From IMG/VR virus record IMGVR_UViG_2565956721_000002: 64,000 bases of DNA; one strand, given 5' to 3'. Source of the DNA: a virus (Duplodnaviria > Heunggongvirae > Uroviricota > Caudoviricetes). The position numbers and the translations under genes are program-made. Each line of letters starts with the position of its first letter. Position 1 is the first letter of the stretch. Under the pieces are notes generated by a model. It searched no databases and was not told the DNA's origin. It saw nothing but the letters and a program-made list of their open reading frames with translations. Shown one piece after another: positions 63,195 to 64,000 of this stretch.

Positions 63195-64000
63195 CTATTG
63201 CGCGCTTTCGGGGTTGTCGTTTACTGGCTGCCCCTTCTTAGTTTTACGGCTGCGCGTAACTGATGCGGCTGATTTGACCTTTTTCTCTTCGCGAGTGATG
63301 GCAATTTGTTTTTTTACATTTTCAATATCTGCCAGGCGATATATTTTTGCCTGCGGCCAGCGGTCGCAGATGATCGGTTCTATAGAGTCATAAAGGCTAA
63401 ATTTTGCTTTCTCGAATTCACCGTTGATGATGATTCCATCACGGAGAGTTTCATCGCAGATAAACACACCACACAGCGGCACATGGTAACTAACTGATTT
63501 ACCATCATTGTAGTTAGGGCTACTGGAAATGTAGTGGACGCGCAGCATTGTTTCGCTAAAGCCGTGTACACGCATACGGAATTTTTCATCCTCCGGGTAC
63601 TGCTTCATTAGCTCTTTTGTTGCTTCCAGGTTCTCTATGTATTTCGCACTGTGCTCATTGATCCCCGCGCTTTTCTGGATGCGAATGTCCTTATCAATCA
63701 GATGAATAATGCGGCCAGCGGTCATGTTGACGCTGTTCACAGCTTCTGTCTGATAAGTCGTAACCTTACGCACACCGCGAAGGATGTTAGGCACAGGATA
63801 TAAAATAGTCTTTGGGATATTGAGGTCTGGGTACTGTTCCAGTTCCCGCGCCATTAAAGTCCATTTATCAATTTCAGCCTGAATGCTGTCCGTTTCTTTG
63901 AACGGTAGAACGACAACCGGGCGTACAGGACGACCGTCGCTGGCGGCATCAACGTGTTGGGCGCGTGCAACAGCTTTTTTTAGAAAGAGATCCCTGAAGC
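63195..64000 (-). CDS. c1: C1 repressor of lysogeny, 3' portion (N-terminal codons lie beyond window end)
   Basis: Own translation stays open beyond track ORF start 63854 (...FRDLFLKKAVARAQHVDAASDGRPVRPVVVLPFKETDSIQAEIDKWTLMARELEQ...); recognised as P1 C1. Confidence 0.85.
   Translation of the reverse strand, partial: FRDLFLKKAVARAQHVDAASDGRPVRPVVVLPFKETDSIQAEIDKWTLMARELEQYPDLNIPKTILYPVPNILRGVRKVTTYQTEAVNSVNMTAGRIIHLIDKDIRIQKSAGINEHSAKYIENLEATKELMKQYPEDEKFRMRVHGFSETMLRVHYISSSPNYNDGKSVSYHVPLCGVFICDETLRDGIIINGEFEKAKFSLYDSIEPIICDRWPQAKIYRLADIENVKKQIAITREEKKVKSAASVTRSRKTKKGQPVNDNPESAQ

Overview
This window reads as about 64 kb of a P1-family temperate phage-plasmid (Enterobacteriaceae), identified from protein and DNA motifs recognised from memory; no database search was possible. 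In order it carries: the 5' part of a tail-fibre gene, baseplate genes and the Sit tape-measure/transglycosylase (1-9.8 kb); an AT-rich three-gene membrane/secreted cassette (9.9-11.9 kb); the immI region c4-icd-ant (12.2-14.0 kb); kilA-repL (14.2-15.9 kb); tube/sheath/capsid genes (17.1-22.5 kb); parS-parB-parA and the incA-repA-incC/oriR plasmid replicon (22.5-26.5 kb); a spanin pair, a PAAR-like protein, hrdC and the bifunctional methyltransferase dmt (26.6-32.8 kb); tRNA-Asn, tRNA-Thr and tRNA-Ile(CAU) with a hairpin-repeat array between them (33.1-35.7 kb); ban helicase and a second baseplate block (35.9-43.1 kb); C1-operator-bounded accessory operons (43.2-56.2 kb); then hot, humD, phd-doc, lpa, pacA (with the GATC-rich pac site), pacB and the 3' part of c1 running off the window end. 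At least nine C1-operator-like 17-mers are present. The best candidates for something undescribed are the tRNA-like hairpin-repeat array next to the real tRNAs, the AT-rich cassette at the sim-equivalent position, and the accessory operons at 43-56 kb; novelty cannot be established from sequence alone.
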